Part shown: one piece after another, positions 37,749-47,740 of the stretch
Layout of the letters: each line of letters opens with the position of its first letter
How positions within the stretch are numbered: position 1 is the first letter of the stretch
DNA from: Betaproteobacteria bacterium
GTDB taxonomy: Bacteria > Pseudomonadota > Gammaproteobacteria > Burkholderiales > Usitatibacteraceae
DNA: 64,000 nucleotides
Assembly: GCA_016790765.1 (NCBI GenBank)
Contig: JAEUMZ010000149.1
Coordinates: forward strand, 39,245-103,244
Reading direction: 5' to 3'
Notes under the pieces: generated by a model
Told to the model about the DNA's origin: nothing
What the model saw: the letters and a program-made list of their open reading frames with translations, nothing else
Databases searched by the model: none
Made by a program: the position numbers and the translations under genes

Positions 37749-38587
37749 GAACCGGTTTCGTCGGCGGCGGCAACATGGCGCAGGCCATCGCCGGCGGCCT
37801 GCTGGCGCAAGGCGCACAGCCGCAGGGCCTCATGGCCATCGAACCCGCCGACGCCGCGCAGGCCTTTTGGCGGCGGCGCGGCCTGCAGGTGTTTGCGTCC
37901 TTCGATGCGGCGATGCTGGACGTCGATGTCCTGGTGTTGGCCGTGAAGCCGCAGGTCATGGCCGGTGCACTGGCGCCCTTCCGCGGCCGCCTGCGCGGCC
38001 AGCTGGTGCTGAGCATCGCGGCCGGCGTGCGCGTGGCGGACCTGGCGCGCTGGCTGGGTGCGCCCGGCCAGCCGTATCCGCACGTCGTGCGCAGCATGCC
38101 CAACACGCCGGCCCTGGCCGGTGCCGGCATGACCGGCCTGCACGCGCCCGCCGCGCTCGGCGCGGATCATCGCACGATGGCTGCGTCCCTGCTGCAGTCG
38201 GTGGGCCAGGTGGCGTGGTTTGACGACGAGGCGATGCTCGACGCCGTGACCGCGGTGTCCGGCAGCGGCCCGGCCTACGTGTTCTATTTCATCGAGGCCC
38301 TGGAACAGGCCGCCCTGGAGATGGGCATGGCCGAAGACACCGCGCGCTTGTTGGCCCGGCAGACGTTCCTCGGCGGCGCCCGCCTGGCCGCCGAAAGCGC
38401 CGAGTCCGCGGCGGCCCTGCGCGCCAAGGTCACCTCCCCGCGTGGGACCACCGAGCGCGCGATCGCATCGTTCGAATCCGCCGGCCTGAAGGCGCGCTTC
38501 ATCGAGGGCGTGCTGGCCGCGCGCACGCGTGCCACCGAACTCGGGAACGAGATGTCCGCCGTGCAGGAGGATCCGCCGCCATGCTGA
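37745..38587 (+). CDS. proC: pyrroline-5-carboxylate reductase
   Basis: 280 aa with GFVGGGNMAQAI (Rossmann) and VTSPRGTTERAI. ATGA overlap with yggS. Confidence 0.93.
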   Translation: MRTGFVGGGNMAQAIAGGLLAQGAQPQGLMAIEPADAAQAFWRRRGLQVFASFDAAMLDVDVLVLAVKPQVMAGALAPFRGRLRGQLVLSIAAGVRVADLARWLGAPGQPYPHVVRSMPNTPALAGAGMTGLHAPAALGADHRTMAASLLQSVGQVAWFDDEAMLDAVTAVSGSGPAYVFYFIEALEQAALEMGMAEDTARLLARQTFLGGARLAAESAESAAALRAKVTSPRGTTERAIASFESAGLKARFIEGVLAARTRATELGNEMSAVQEDPPPC

Positions 38588-39168
38588 CGCAGACCCTGGT
38601 GTTCGTGCTGGAAACGGTGTTCGGCCTGTTCACGCTGGCCGCACTCGCGCGGTTTTATGCGCAGGCGTTCCGCGCGCCGTTCCGCAATCCACTCACCGAT
38701 TTCGTGGTGGCCTTGACCGATTTCATGGTCAAACCCCTGCGCAAGCTGATCCCGGGCGCGTTCGGGCTCGATTTGGCGTCCCTGGTCACCGCCGGCCTGT
38801 CGCAGATGGTGCTGCTCATCCTCAAGGTGGCCTTGCTTTGGCCGGATGCCTTCCTGATGCCGACCTTCTGGCCCGGGCTGATCCTGTGGACGCTGGTGTG
38901 CCTGTTCCGCCTGTCGCTGTACCTGCTGATCGGCGTGGTCCTGATCCAGGCCCTGCTGTCGTGGGTCTCCCCCTACCATCCGATCGCGCCGTTCTTCGCC
39001 GCCTTGACCCGGCCGTTCCTGCGTCCGTTGCAGCGCATCATCCCGCTGGTGGGCGGCGTGGACCTGTCGCCCCTGGTGCTGCTGATCCTGGTGCAGGTCA
39101 CGCTCATGCTGCCGGTGGCCTGGCTGGAAGCCGCCGTCAGCCGCCTGCCGCGGCTGGTGGCCGGCTGA
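38581..39168 (+). CDS. yggT: YggT-family membrane protein
   Basis: 195 aa with two YGGT repeats (...LLSWVSPY...DLSPLVLLI...). Confidence 0.85.
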   Translation: MLTQTLVFVLETVFGLFTLAALARFYAQAFRAPFRNPLTDFVVALTDFMVKPLRKLIPGAFGLDLASLVTAGLSQMVLLILKVALLWPDAFLMPTFWPGLILWTLVCLFRLSLYLLIGVVLIQALLSWVSPYHPIAPFFAALTRPFLRPLQRIIPLVGGVDLSPLVLLILVQVTLMLPVAWLEAAVSRLPRLVAG

Positions 39169-39368
39169 GCGCGGTTTCGCGTCTTTTTTGCCGTTGCGCT
39201 ACACTCTCATCCGTCAAGCGGCGCAAGACCGCGTTCAGGCCTGCCGGCCCAGCCGCCGGCCACAACCGGGGGGATTGCCGCGATGGACGTGACCACGAAC
39301 TGCCGGAAGTCGCCGCGGCGACACCGCTAGCGCGCGGCCCGTTGCCAGCCAGCAAGGAAGGTATTTCC

Positions 39369-41477
39369 GTGGATTTCGACCCGGCCATCAATTCCCGCTT
39401 CGAAAGCGAAATCGCCCGCTACAACGAGTGGCGCGAAGGCCTGACCCGTGCGGTGCACGATTACCACGACTGGCTGGAGCGCACCAACCAGCTCGATGTC
39501 CAGCAGTCGATCCGCTTTTACGACCTGCTGGAGACGCTCAATCGCGGACGCCTGCAACTGGCGTTCCTGGCCGAGTTCTCGCGCGGCAAGTCGGAACTGA
39601 TCAACGCGCTGTTCTTTTCCTCGTTCAAGGAGCGGCTGCTGCCCTCCGACGTCGGCCGCACCACGATGTGCCCGACCGAGCTGTTCCACGACCCCAACGA
39701 GGAGCCCTACCTGAAGCTCCTCTCGGTGGAAACGCGCTACCGCGACGAGTCGATCTCGCAGTTGAAGAACATGCCGGTCGAGTGGTCGAAGATCCGCCTC
39801 AATGTCGACAGCGTGAAGGAAATGAAACAGGCGCTCTCGGCGCTCGCCGACACCAAGCGCGTGTATGCGCTCGACGCCCGCATGATGGGCCTGTTGCCGA
39901 TGTTCGACGAATCCGGCGAGGGGCCCAAGGAGGACGACATCGTCGAGGTGCCGGCGTGGCGCTACGCGATGATCAACTACCCCCACCCGCTGCTGTCCAA
40001 CGGCCTGTCGGTGCTCGACACCCCGGGCCTCAACGCGCTCGGCCTGGAACCCGAGCTCACGCTGTCCACGGTGCCCAACGCGCACGCGGTGCTGTTCCTG
40101 CTGTCCATCGACACCGGCGTGACCAAGTCCGACCTCGAGATCTGGGAGCGCTACGTGAAGTCCGGCCTGCCCGCCAAGATGGCGGTGTTGAACAAGGTCG
40201 ACCTCATGTGGGACGAGCTGAAAACCCAGGACGAGATCAATGCCGGCATCAAGCGCATGGTCGAGACCACCGCCGGCCAGCTCGGCCTGCCGGTCGAGAA
40301 GGTATTCCCGATTTCGGCGCAAAAGGCGCTGCTGGGCCGCATCAAGGGAGACAGCGCGCTGGTGGTGAAATCGGGCATCGAGCCGCTCGAGACCTTCCTG
40401 GCCAACGAGATCGTGCCGATCAAGCGCCAATTGCTGGCCAAGGCGGTGACCAACGAAATCGGCGCGATGATGGTGTCCTCGCACAGGAGTTGCGCGCAGA
40501 AGCTGGAGGCCAACCAGGCGCAGTTGAACGAACTGGCGGAACTGGCGGGCAAGAGCCGCGAGATCACCCTCAAGCTGTGGCAGAAGGTGAGCGAGGAAAA
40601 GGAGGCGTACAACAACGCGCTTTCCGAGTACAAGGTCATCCGCACCACGTTCAACCAGAAGCGCAATGCGCTCATGGACGTGTTCAATCCCACGCGCCTC
40701 GACGTGCTGTGCTCGAAGAGCCTGCAGGCGATCAACGATTCCTGGACCACCCCGGGGCTCACGCGCGGCATGCGCGAGCTCATCAAGCTGGTCAGCGCGG
40801 AGTTCCAGGCCGTGTCATTGGCCGGCGGCGACATCCTGCGCCTGATGGAGGGCGCCTACAACACCTTCCACGAGCGCTTCAAGTTCGCCAAGATGGATTT
40901 CCCGCCGCTCGACTTCGCCGAGCCGCAGCGCCGCCTGGGACTGCTGGTCACCAAGACCGAGAACTTCTGCAAGGACCCGGTCAACATCATGATGACCGAG
41001 AAGCGCTTCATGGTGCGCAAGTTCTGGCGCATGCTGATCGACGAGGCGCGCAAGATCTTCAACGACGCGCGCAGCGAGACCGAACGCTGGATCGCGGCCG
41101 TGCCGCTGCCGCTGGAGACGCAGATCAAGGATCACAAGGCGCAGTTGCAGCAGCGCCTGGACGCGCTGGCCAAGGTCAATGAACGCGGCGGCGCGATCAA
41201 GGAAGAGGTCGGCAAGCTGCAGGCGCAGCGCGCCGAGATCCAGAGCCGGGTGGCGATGATCACGTCGCTGATCCTCAAGGTGCGCGAAGCCGGGCCCTCG
41301 TCCGGCACCGCGCCGCAGGCGCCGCGCCCGGCCGCGCCGGCCGCACCCGCGCCCGCGCCCGTGGCGGACACCGCGCCGGAGTTTCTCAAGACCACGCGCA
41401 CCGTCGCCACCGCGGCGCCGGCCAAGGAATTCACCACCACGCAAAAGCTCGACCTCAACACCGTGCGCGGCAGTTGA
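39369..41477 (+). CDS. bacterial dynamin-like GTPase
   Basis: GTG at 39369, 8 nt after AAGGAAGG. G1 AEFSRGKSELINAL, G2 GRTTMCPTE, G3 VLDTPGLNA, G4 VLNKVDL. A long helical stalk and a Pro/Ala-rich C-terminus. The 982-aa track ORF is an in-frame read-through from proC/yggT. Confidence 0.8.
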   Translation: MDFDPAINSRFESEIARYNEWREGLTRAVHDYHDWLERTNQLDVQQSIRFYDLLETLNRGRLQLAFLAEFSRGKSELINALFFSSFKERLLPSDVGRTTMCPTELFHDPNEEPYLKLLSVETRYRDESISQLKNMPVEWSKIRLNVDSVKEMKQALSALADTKRVYALDARMMGLLPMFDESGEGPKEDDIVEVPAWRYAMINYPHPLLSNGLSVLDTPGLNALGLEPELTLSTVPNAHAVLFLLSIDTGVTKSDLEIWERYVKSGLPAKMAVLNKVDLMWDELKTQDEINAGIKRMVETTAGQLGLPVEKVFPISAQKALLGRIKGDSALVVKSGIEPLETFLANEIVPIKRQLLAKAVTNEIGAMMVSSHRSCAQKLEANQAQLNELAELAGKSREITLKLWQKVSEEKEAYNNALSEYKVIRTTFNQKRNALMDVFNPTRLDVLCSKSLQAINDSWTTPGLTRGMRELIKLVSAEFQAVSLAGGDILRLMEGAYNTFHERFKFAKMDFPPLDFAEPQRRLGLLVTKTENFCKDPVNIMMTEKRFMVRKFWRMLIDEARKIFNDARSETERWIAAVPLPLETQIKDHKAQLQQRLDALAKVNERGGAIKEEVGKLQAQRAEIQSRVAMITSLILKVREAGPSSGTAPQAPRPAAPAAPAPAPVADTAPEFLKTTRTVATAAPAKEFTTTQKLDLNTVRGS

Positions 41478-41510
41478 CGGCGGGGCCCGGTCGTCGACCG
41501 GTGGCCCGCC

Positions 41511-42968
41511 TCACACCAGGATCACGTCGAACTGCTCCTGCGTGTAGGACGACTCCACGGACAGCGAGATCGGCTTGGCGATGAAGTCCTCCAGCATGGT
41601 CATGCTGGAAGACTCCTCGTCGAGGAAGCGGTCGATCACCGATTGCGAGGCCAGGATGCGGAACTCCTTGGCGTCGAACTGGCGCGCCGAGCGCAGCACC
41701 TCGCGCAGCACCTCGTAGCACACCGTCTGGGCCGAGCGGATCTCGCCGCGGCCGTTGCACGTCGGGCAGGGCTCGCACAGCACGTGCGCCAGCGACTCGC
41801 GGGTGCGCTTCCGCGTCATCTCGACCAGGCCGAGCTGCGAAAACCCGTTGACCGACACGCGCGTGCGGTCGCGCGCCAGCGCCTTGTTGAACTCCGCCAG
41901 CACGGCATTGCGGTGCTCGGCCGAGTCCATGTCGATGAAGTCGACGATGATGATGCCGCCGAGGTTTCGCAGGCGCAGCTGCCGCGCGATGGCCAGCGTG
42001 GCCTCGAGGTTGGTCTTGAAGATGGTGTCGTCGAAGCTCCGGCCGGAGACGAACGCGCCGGTGTTGACGTCCACCGTGGTCAGCGCCTCGGTCTGGTCGA
42101 AGATCACGTAGCCGCCGGATTTCAGGTCGACGCGGCGCTCCAGCGCGCGGCCGACCTCGTCTTCCACGGCAAACAGGTCGAACAGCGGGCGCTCGCCATG
42201 GTAGTGCTCGAGCACGCCGGCGCTGGCCTTCATGTAGCGGCCGGCGAAGGCCTCCATGCGCTGGTGGGTCTCGCGCGAATCGACGATCAGGCGCTCGGTG
42301 TCGCGCGTGGCGAGGTCGCGCAGCACGCGCAGCGCCAGGTCGAGGTCCTGGTAGAGCAGCGACTGCGGCGCCGCCGTGCGCGAGGCCTCGACGATGCTCT
42401 TCCACAGCGCGACCAGGTAGGCGATGTCGGCGGTGAGTTCCTCGTCGGTGGCCGACTCGGCGACGGTGCGCACGATGAAGCCGCCCGTCTCGCCCTCCGG
42501 CATCAGCTGGTGGACCTTCTCGCGCAGGTGTTCGCGCTCCGCCTCGTCCTCGATGCGCTGCGAGATGCCGATGTGCTGCTCGCCCGGCAGGTACACCAGC
42601 AGGCGGCCGGCGATGGAGATCTGCGTCGACAGGCGCGCCCCCTTGCTGCCGATCGGGTCCTTGATCACCTGCACCACCAGGGTCTGTCCCTCGTGGAGGA
42701 TGCGCTCGATCGGTTTTTGCTCGCCGTTCTTGTTGGCGGCCCAGATGTCGGCCACGTGCAGGAACGCGGCGCGCGCCAGGCCGATTTCGATGAAGGCCGA
42801 CTGCATGCCGGGCAGCACGCGCCCGACGCGGCCCAGGTAGATGTTGCCGACCAGGCCGCGGTTCGAGGAGCGTTCGACGTGCAGCTCCTGCACCGCGCCC
42901 TGCTCCAATACCGCCACGCGTGTCTCCTGCGGAGTCACGTTGATGAGAATCTGCTCGTTCACGGCCAC
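41511..42968 (-). CDS. rng: ribonuclease G
   Basis: 485 aa with an S1 domain (GNIYLGRVGRVLPGMQSAFIEIG) and an RNase E/G catalytic core. Conserved maf-rng pairing. Confidence 0.93.
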   Translation of the reverse strand: MAVNEQILINVTPQETRVAVLEQGAVQELHVERSSNRGLVGNIYLGRVGRVLPGMQSAFIEIGLARAAFLHVADIWAANKNGEQKPIERILHEGQTLVVQVIKDPIGSKGARLSTQISIAGRLLVYLPGEQHIGISQRIEDEAEREHLREKVHQLMPEGETGGFIVRTVAESATDEELTADIAYLVALWKSIVEASRTAAPQSLLYQDLDLALRVLRDLATRDTERLIVDSRETHQRMEAFAGRYMKASAGVLEHYHGERPLFDLFAVEDEVGRALERRVDLKSGGYVIFDQTEALTTVDVNTGAFVSGRSFDDTIFKTNLEATLAIARQLRLRNLGGIIIVDFIDMDSAEHRNAVLAEFNKALARDRTRVSVNGFSQLGLVEMTRKRTRESLAHVLCEPCPTCNGRGEIRSAQTVCYEVLREVLRSARQFDAKEFRILASQSVIDRFLDEESSSMTMLEDFIAKPISLSVESSYTQEQFDVILV

Positions 42969-43019
42969 ACCCCGAAGTTTGGTTGGAGAGCACCGCGCGC
43001 GGCACTCTCCAACTCCGCC

Positions 43020-43634
43020 TCAGAGGGGGAACCCGGATTGTCGCAAGAGCTTGGCGGTTTCGCAAAGTGGCAGGCCCATGACGCCCGAGTAACTGCCGGA
43101 GAGCTTGCTGATGAACTTGGCGGCCAGGCCCTGCACCGCGTAGCCTCCGGCCTTGTCCATCGGTTCGCCGGTGTCCACGTAGCGCTTGATGTCGTCCGCA
43201 CCGAGCTTGTCGAAGGTGACGAAGCTGGTGGACAACACCTCGCGCACGCCCTGGGCGTCGGCCACCGCGACGGCGGTGAGCACCTGGTGGGTGTGGCCGG
43301 ACAAGCGTTCGAGCATGCGCGCGGCCTCGGCGGCATCGGCGGGCTTGCCGAGGATGGCCGCATCCAGCGTGACGGTGGTGTCGGCGGTGAGCACCAGGCG
43401 CTCGGGGAGCTTCCTGTCCAGCATCGCGCTGCGCGCGGCCTCGGCCTTCAGGCGCACCACGCGCATCACATAGTCGCGCGGCAGCTCATCCGGCAGGGGC
43501 GACTCGTCGACGTCGAGGCGCTCGTTCTTTTCCCGCAGCAGCAGCAACTCGAAATGCACGCCGATCTGCCGCAGCAGCTCGCGGCGGCGCGGACTTTTCG
43601 AGGCCAGGTAAATGACCTTGGAGGGGGCGATCAT
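43020..43634 (-). CDS. maf: Maf-family nucleoside triphosphate pyrophosphatase
   Basis: ATG at 43632-43634. IYLASKSPRRRELL...TADTTV...DKAGGYAVQG. Confidence 0.9.
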   Translation of the reverse strand: MIAPSKVIYLASKSPRRRELLRQIGVHFELLLLREKNERLDVDESPLPDELPRDYVMRVVRLKAEAARSAMLDRKLPERLVLTADTTVTLDAAILGKPADAAEAARMLERLSGHTHQVLTAVAVADAQGVREVLSTSFVTFDKLGADDIKRYVDTGEPMDKAGGYAVQGLAAKFISKLSGSYSGVMGLPLCETAKLLRQSGFPL

Positions 43635-43675
43635 GCGGGCATTGTACTGGGCGGTCCCGCGCGGCAACCGCGAGG

Positions 43676-44143
43676 TTATTCGCGGTGATACGGATGCCCC
43701 GCGTTCACCGACCACGCGCGGTACAGCTGCTCGGCCAGCAGCACGCGCACCAGTGCGTGCGGCAGCGTCGCGCCGGAGAGCGCCACGGTGTGATGCGCGC
43801 CGGCCTTGATCGACGCGGCCAGGCCGTCCGCGCTGCCGATGATGAACGCCGGCGCGGCGCCCGCCTGCATCCAGTCGCGCAGCAGTCCGGCCAACTGCCG
43901 GGTGCTGATCATCGTGCCGCGCTCATCGAGGACGATGCGCAGCGCGCCCTTGGGCAACGCGGCCTCGATGCGCTCGGCTTCCTTGGCCAGCACCTGCTCG
44001 ACGGTGCGCGCGGCACGGTCCTCGGGCTTGAGTTCGACGAGCGCGATGCGCGCTTCCGGCGGCATGCGTTTGGCGTACGCCTGGAAACCGGTCTCGGCCC
44101 ACGCCGGCATCTTGTGGCCGAGGGCGATCAGCGTGAGCTTCAT
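43676..44143 (-). CDS. rlmH: 23S rRNA (pseudouridine1915-N3)-methyltransferase
   Basis: 155 aa with SPOUT C-terminus (HALVRVLLAEQLYRAWSVNAGHPYHRE). Confidence 0.93.
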   Translation of the reverse strand: MKLTLIALGHKMPAWAETGFQAYAKRMPPEARIALVELKPEDRAARTVEQVLAKEAERIEAALPKGALRIVLDERGTMISTRQLAGLLRDWMQAGAAPAFIIGSADGLAASIKAGAHHTVALSGATLPHALVRVLLAEQLYRAWSVNAGHPYHRE

Positions 44144-44250
44144 GGGGCGAGGGTCAGGCTTCGCAGGAAAAACTCAAGCACTGGCGCGGCCGCCAGGCCA
44201 TTTCCGCCCTGAACACGCCGCCCGTGCTGGGGTTTGGTGCCAGGGCGCCA

Positions 44251-44781
44251 TCAGCGCGCAGTCTTGCGCGCGGCGGGCTTCTTTTTCGCAGCCGGTTTCT
44301 TCCTGGCCGTGGCCGGCTTGGCTTTCGCGGTCGCTGGCTTCTTCTTCGCGACCGGTTTCTTCGCGGCGGGCTTCTTGGCCGCCGGCTTTTTCGCTGCCGG
44401 CGTCTTGCCGGTTGCAGCCTTCTTCAGCGGGGCCTTGGCCGGCGGCGGATGCACGCGCTTGCCTTCGGCCCACAGTTGTTCGAGTTGGTAGTGCATGCGC
44501 ACCGCCGGTTGCATGACGTGCACCACCACGTCGCCGCAATCGACCAGCACCCATTCGCCGGAATCCTCGCCTTCACTGCCGAAAATCTGGCCGCCGTGTT
44601 CCTTGACCTTGTCCACCACGTGGCGCGCCAGCGCCCGGGTCTGGCGCGTGGAATCGGCCGAGGCGATGGCGATGTAGTCGAACACCGAGGTCAGCTTGCG
44701 CACGTCGAGCACGACGATGTCTTTTGCCTTGATGTCCTCGAGCGCGTCAACGACGAGGGCGGTCAGTTTGGTCTTGGCCAA
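44251..44781 (-). CDS. rsfS: ribosome silencing factor RsfS with Lys/Ala/Pro-rich C-terminal extension
   Basis: RsfS core (DIKAKDIVVLDVRKLTSVFDYIAIASADSTRQ...WVLVDCGDVVVHVM) followed by about 65 aa of KKPAAKKPAAKKPVAKKK-type repeats. The TTG at 44781, with GGAGA upstream, is preferred over the track ATG at 44817. Confidence 0.85.
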   Translation of the reverse strand: MAKTKLTALVVDALEDIKAKDIVVLDVRKLTSVFDYIAIASADSTRQTRALARHVVDKVKEHGGQIFGSEGEDSGEWVLVDCGDVVVHVMQPAVRMHYQLEQLWAEGKRVHPPPAKAPLKKAATGKTPAAKKPAAKKPAAKKPVAKKKPATAKAKPATARKKPAAKKKPAARKTAR

Positions 44782-45400
44782 GTGAGGGGTTCTCCTGGTA
44801 GAGGCGATGGGTTTCAATATAGTCGCAAACCGGTTCGGGGGTCAGGCCGCGAATCGGCTCGCCGCGGGCGATTCGCGCGCGAATCTGCGTCGAGGAGACG
44901 TCCGGCGCGTCGATCGGCACGGCGACCGTCATGCCATGCGCGGTCTGCCGCGCGCGACGGATTTCGGCGAAGCCGGCGAATGGCCCGGGCGAATCCTTGC
45001 GCGCCACCACGGCGAAATGCGCGAGCCCCGGCAACTCGGCCGCGCGATGCCACGTGGACAAGCGCGCAAACGCATCGCTGCCAATGAGCCAGAACAGCGC
45101 GCAGTCCGCGCCGCGCTCGGCGCGCACTTCGGCCAAGGTGTCGAACGTGTAGGTCGGACCGTGCCGGTCGAGTTCGCGGCGGTCGATGTGCACCTGGTCG
45201 AGGTGCGCCACCGCCCGCTCGAGCATCGCCACGCGATGTGCGGCCGGCGCCAGCACGCGCTGCGATTTCTGCCACGGATCCGACGCCGGCAGGACGTGGA
45301 ATTCGTCGAGGCCAAGCACCTGGCGCGCCTCGCGCATCACCGCCAGGTGGCCGTTGTGGACCGGGTCGAAGGTCCCGCCGAAGAGTCCGATGGTCTTCAA
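44747..45400 (-). CDS. nadD: nicotinate-nucleotide adenylyltransferase
   Basis: GLFGGTFDPVHNGH and ISST.IR-type (VSSTQIR) motifs. 217 aa. Confidence 0.92.
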   Translation of the reverse strand: MKTIGLFGGTFDPVHNGHLAVMREARQVLGLDEFHVLPASDPWQKSQRVLAPAAHRVAMLERAVAHLDQVHIDRRELDRHGPTYTFDTLAEVRAERGADCALFWLIGSDAFARLSTWHRAAELPGLAHFAVVARKDSPGPFAGFAEIRRARQTAHGMTVAVPIDAPDVSSTQIRARIARGEPIRGLTPEPVCDYIETHRLYQENPSLGQDQTDRPRR

Positions 45401-45409
45401 CGCGACCGG

Positions 45410-46720
45410 TCAGCCACGCACTTCGCCATGTCCGCGCACGATCCACTTTTCCGACGTGAGGCCCATGAGGCCCACCGGGCCGCGCGCGTGCAGCTTGTCG
45501 GTGGAAATGCCGATCTCCGCGCCCAAGCCAAATTCGAAACCATCCGCGAAGCGCGTCGACGCGTTGACCATCACCGACGCCGAATCGACCTCGCGCAGGA
45601 AACGCTCGGCGTGCGCGTCGTCGCGCGTCACGATCGCGTCGGTGTGCCGGGATCCATACCGGTCGATGTGCGCCAGCGCGGCATCGAGCCCGTCGACCAC
45701 GCGGATCGAGACGATCGGCGCCAGGTATTCAGTGTGGAAATCGGCGTCGGTCGCCGCCACCACGCCGGGCAACGCCGCGCGATCCAGCACCGCCTTCGAT
45801 TCGGCACAGGCGCGCATTTCCACGCCCTTGGCGGCGTAGATCGCGCCGATGCGCGGCAGGAACGCCGCGGCCTCCGCGCGCGCCACCAGCAGCGTCTCCA
45901 TCGTGTTGCACGTGGAATAGCGCTGCGTCTTCGCGTTGTCGGCGATGCGCACCGCCATGTCCAGGTCGGCGCCGCTGTCCACGTACACATGGCAGATGCC
46001 GTCCAGGTGCTTGAGCACCGGAATGCGCGACGCTTCCGCCACGCGTGCGATCAGCTGCTTGCCGCCGCGCGGGATCAGGATGTCGATGAATTCGGTCATC
46101 GCCAGCATCGCGCCGACCGCCGCGCGATCCGCGGTCGGCACCAGTTGCACGGTGCGCTCGGGCAGCCCCGCGCCGGTCAGGCCCGCCACCATCGCCGCGT
46201 GGATGGCGCGGTTGCTGTCCAGCGCCTCGGACCCCCCGCGCAGGATGCAGGCGTTGCCGGACATGGTGCACAGCGCCGCGGCATCGGCCGTCACGTTGGG
46301 GCGCGACTCGTAGATCATGCCGATCACGCCCAGCGGCACGCGCATGCGCGCGAGCTCGATGCCCGAGGGCCGCACCTGGCAGTCCGCGAGCATGCCCACC
46401 GGGTCGGGCAGGTCCGCCACTTGCGCCACGCCATCGGCCATGCCGGCCACCGATTGTTCCGTGAGCCGCAGGCGGTCGATGAACGCCTCGTCGTTGCCCG
46501 CCGCACGCGCGCGCGCCACGTCGACCGCATTGGCCTCGAGGATGGAAGCGGCTGCCGCGCGCAAGGCCCCGGCCGCCGCGTGCAGCGCGCGGCGCTTTTC
46601 GGCCGCTGTTGCCGCCGCCAGCCGTCGCGCCGCCGCGCGCGCCGCCACCCCCATTTCGCGCATGGCGTCGACCGGCGCCATTCCCGGCGCCAGGGGCAAC
46701 AGGTCGTTCATGCGATTCAT
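45410..46720 (-). CDS. proA: glutamate-5-semialdehyde dehydrogenase
   Basis: 436 aa with [13 protein letters not shown] and catalytic-Cys region [12 protein letters not shown]. Confidence 0.93.
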   Translation of the reverse strand: MNRMNDLLPLAPGMAPVDAMREMGVAARAAARRLAAATAAEKRRALHAAAGALRAAAASILEANAVDVARARAAGNDEAFIDRLRLTEQSVAGMADGVAQVADLPDPVGMLADCQVRPSGIELARMRVPLGVIGMIYESRPNVTADAAALCTMSGNACILRGGSEALDSNRAIHAAMVAGLTGAGLPERTVQLVPTADRAAVGAMLAMTEFIDILIPRGGKQLIARVAEASRIPVLKHLDGICHVYVDSGADLDMAVRIADNAKTQRYSTCNTMETLLVARAEAAAFLPRIGAIYAAKGVEMRACAESKAVLDRAALPGVVAATDADFHTEYLAPIVSIRVVDGLDAALAHIDRYGSRHTDAIVTRDDAHAERFLREVDSASVMVNASTRFADGFEFGLGAEIGISTDKLHARGPVGLMGLTSEKWIVRGHGEVRG

Positions 46721-46729
46721 GCGCCGAGA

Positions 46730-47737
46730 TTACCGCAATTCCGGCGCGGCCGGCATCAGCGGCGTTCCCGCCATGGCGCCCCCCAGGTCGGCCAGCGCTT
46801 CCCACGGGTCGCGCAGGCCGATGCCCTTGACCAGGCGATCCACGGCCGCGGCTTGGGCCAACAAGCCCAATACGGCGCGCGGCGAATGGCGCCTGGCCAG
46901 GCGCTCCAGCGCGCGTGCCTTTTGCGGATGCGGGAAACGGCCCACGCTGGTGGCGTTCACCATGCGCGCCAGCAACCGCAGCTCGTTGGCCACCAGCCAT
47001 AGCAGGAAGGGCAAGGCTTCGCCCTCGGCCTTCAGACCGGCAAGCACGCGTTGCACGCGACTGGCATCCGCGGCATGGATCGCGTCGAGCACGTCCTGCG
47101 CATCGAATCGCGCCACGTCGGCCACGCCATGCTCGATGGCCTCGAGGGATAGTTCACCCGGCGGACACAGCAGGCCGAGCTTGTCGATTTCCTGCTTGGC
47201 CGCCAGCAGGTTGCCTTCCACGCGATCGGCCAGCGCCTCGAGCGCTTCCGGCGTGGCGGATTGCCCCTGGCGGGCCAGGCGCGCGGCCAGCCATGCCGGC
47301 AGGCGCGCTCGCTCGATGGGCCGCGCCTCGATCAGGGTGCCGGCCGCCCCGAGTGCTGCGAACCACTTCGACTTCTGGCCCTGCCAGTCGATCTCGGGCA
47401 GGGTCACCAGGGTCACCGTGTCTGCGGGCGGGTGGGTGCAAAACGCTTCCAGCACGGCGCTGCCTTCGCGGCCGGGCTTGCCGCTGGGGATGCGGATTTC
47501 CAGCAGGCGTTGCGTGGCGAACAGCGACAGCGCGCTGGAAGCCGCGGTGAGATCGCCCCAGTCGCACCCGGGCTCGGCGGTGAAGACCTCGCGCTCCGCG
47601 AAACCGGCTGCGCGTGCCGCCGCGCGGATGGCGTCCGCCACTTCCAGTGCGCCAAGCGATTCCGCGCCGTGCACGCCGTATAAGGGCGCCAACCGGTCGG
47701 GCGGCTTGGCAAGGAACTGTTCGGCGGTGAGGGCCAT
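46730..47737 (-). CDS. holA: DNA polymerase III delta subunit
   Basis: 335 aa with N-terminus ...LAPLYGVHGAESLGALE..., SLFATQRLLEIR and the delta fold. Normally follows lptE. Confidence 0.88.
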   Translation of the reverse strand: MALTAEQFLAKPPDRLAPLYGVHGAESLGALEVADAIRAAARAAGFAEREVFTAEPGCDWGDLTAASSALSLFATQRLLEIRIPSGKPGREGSAVLEAFCTHPPADTVTLVTLPEIDWQGQKSKWFAALGAAGTLIEARPIERARLPAWLAARLARQGQSATPEALEALADRVEGNLLAAKQEIDKLGLLCPPGELSLEAIEHGVADVARFDAQDVLDAIHAADASRVQRVLAGLKAEGEALPFLLWLVANELRLLARMVNATSVGRFPHPQKARALERLARRHSPRAVLGLLAQAAAVDRLVKGIGLRDPWEALADLGGAMAGTPLMPAAPELR

Positions 47738-47740
47738 GGA

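Noticed and set aside
38529-41477. 982-aa ORF suggesting a giant protein spanning proC/yggT and the dynamin-like gene
   Set aside because: The first about 280 codons overlap proC and yggT in another frame and have no features. A GTG with a strong AAGGAAGG SD at 39369 gives a sensible dynamin-like protein.
44251-44450. KKPAA-encoding repeats as a CRISPR-like or VNTR array
   Set aside because: The repeats are short, imperfect, in frame and translated as part of RsfS, and there are no spacers. No CRISPR array, cas genes, toxin-antitoxin pairs or recognisable phage-defence genes were seen anywhere in the window.
41643-47002. Plus-strand ORFs of 681 aa and 731 aa across rng-maf and nadD-proA-holA
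   Set aside because: They are antisense to five conserved housekeeping genes, with low-complexity Arg/Gly/His/Asp-rich translations.
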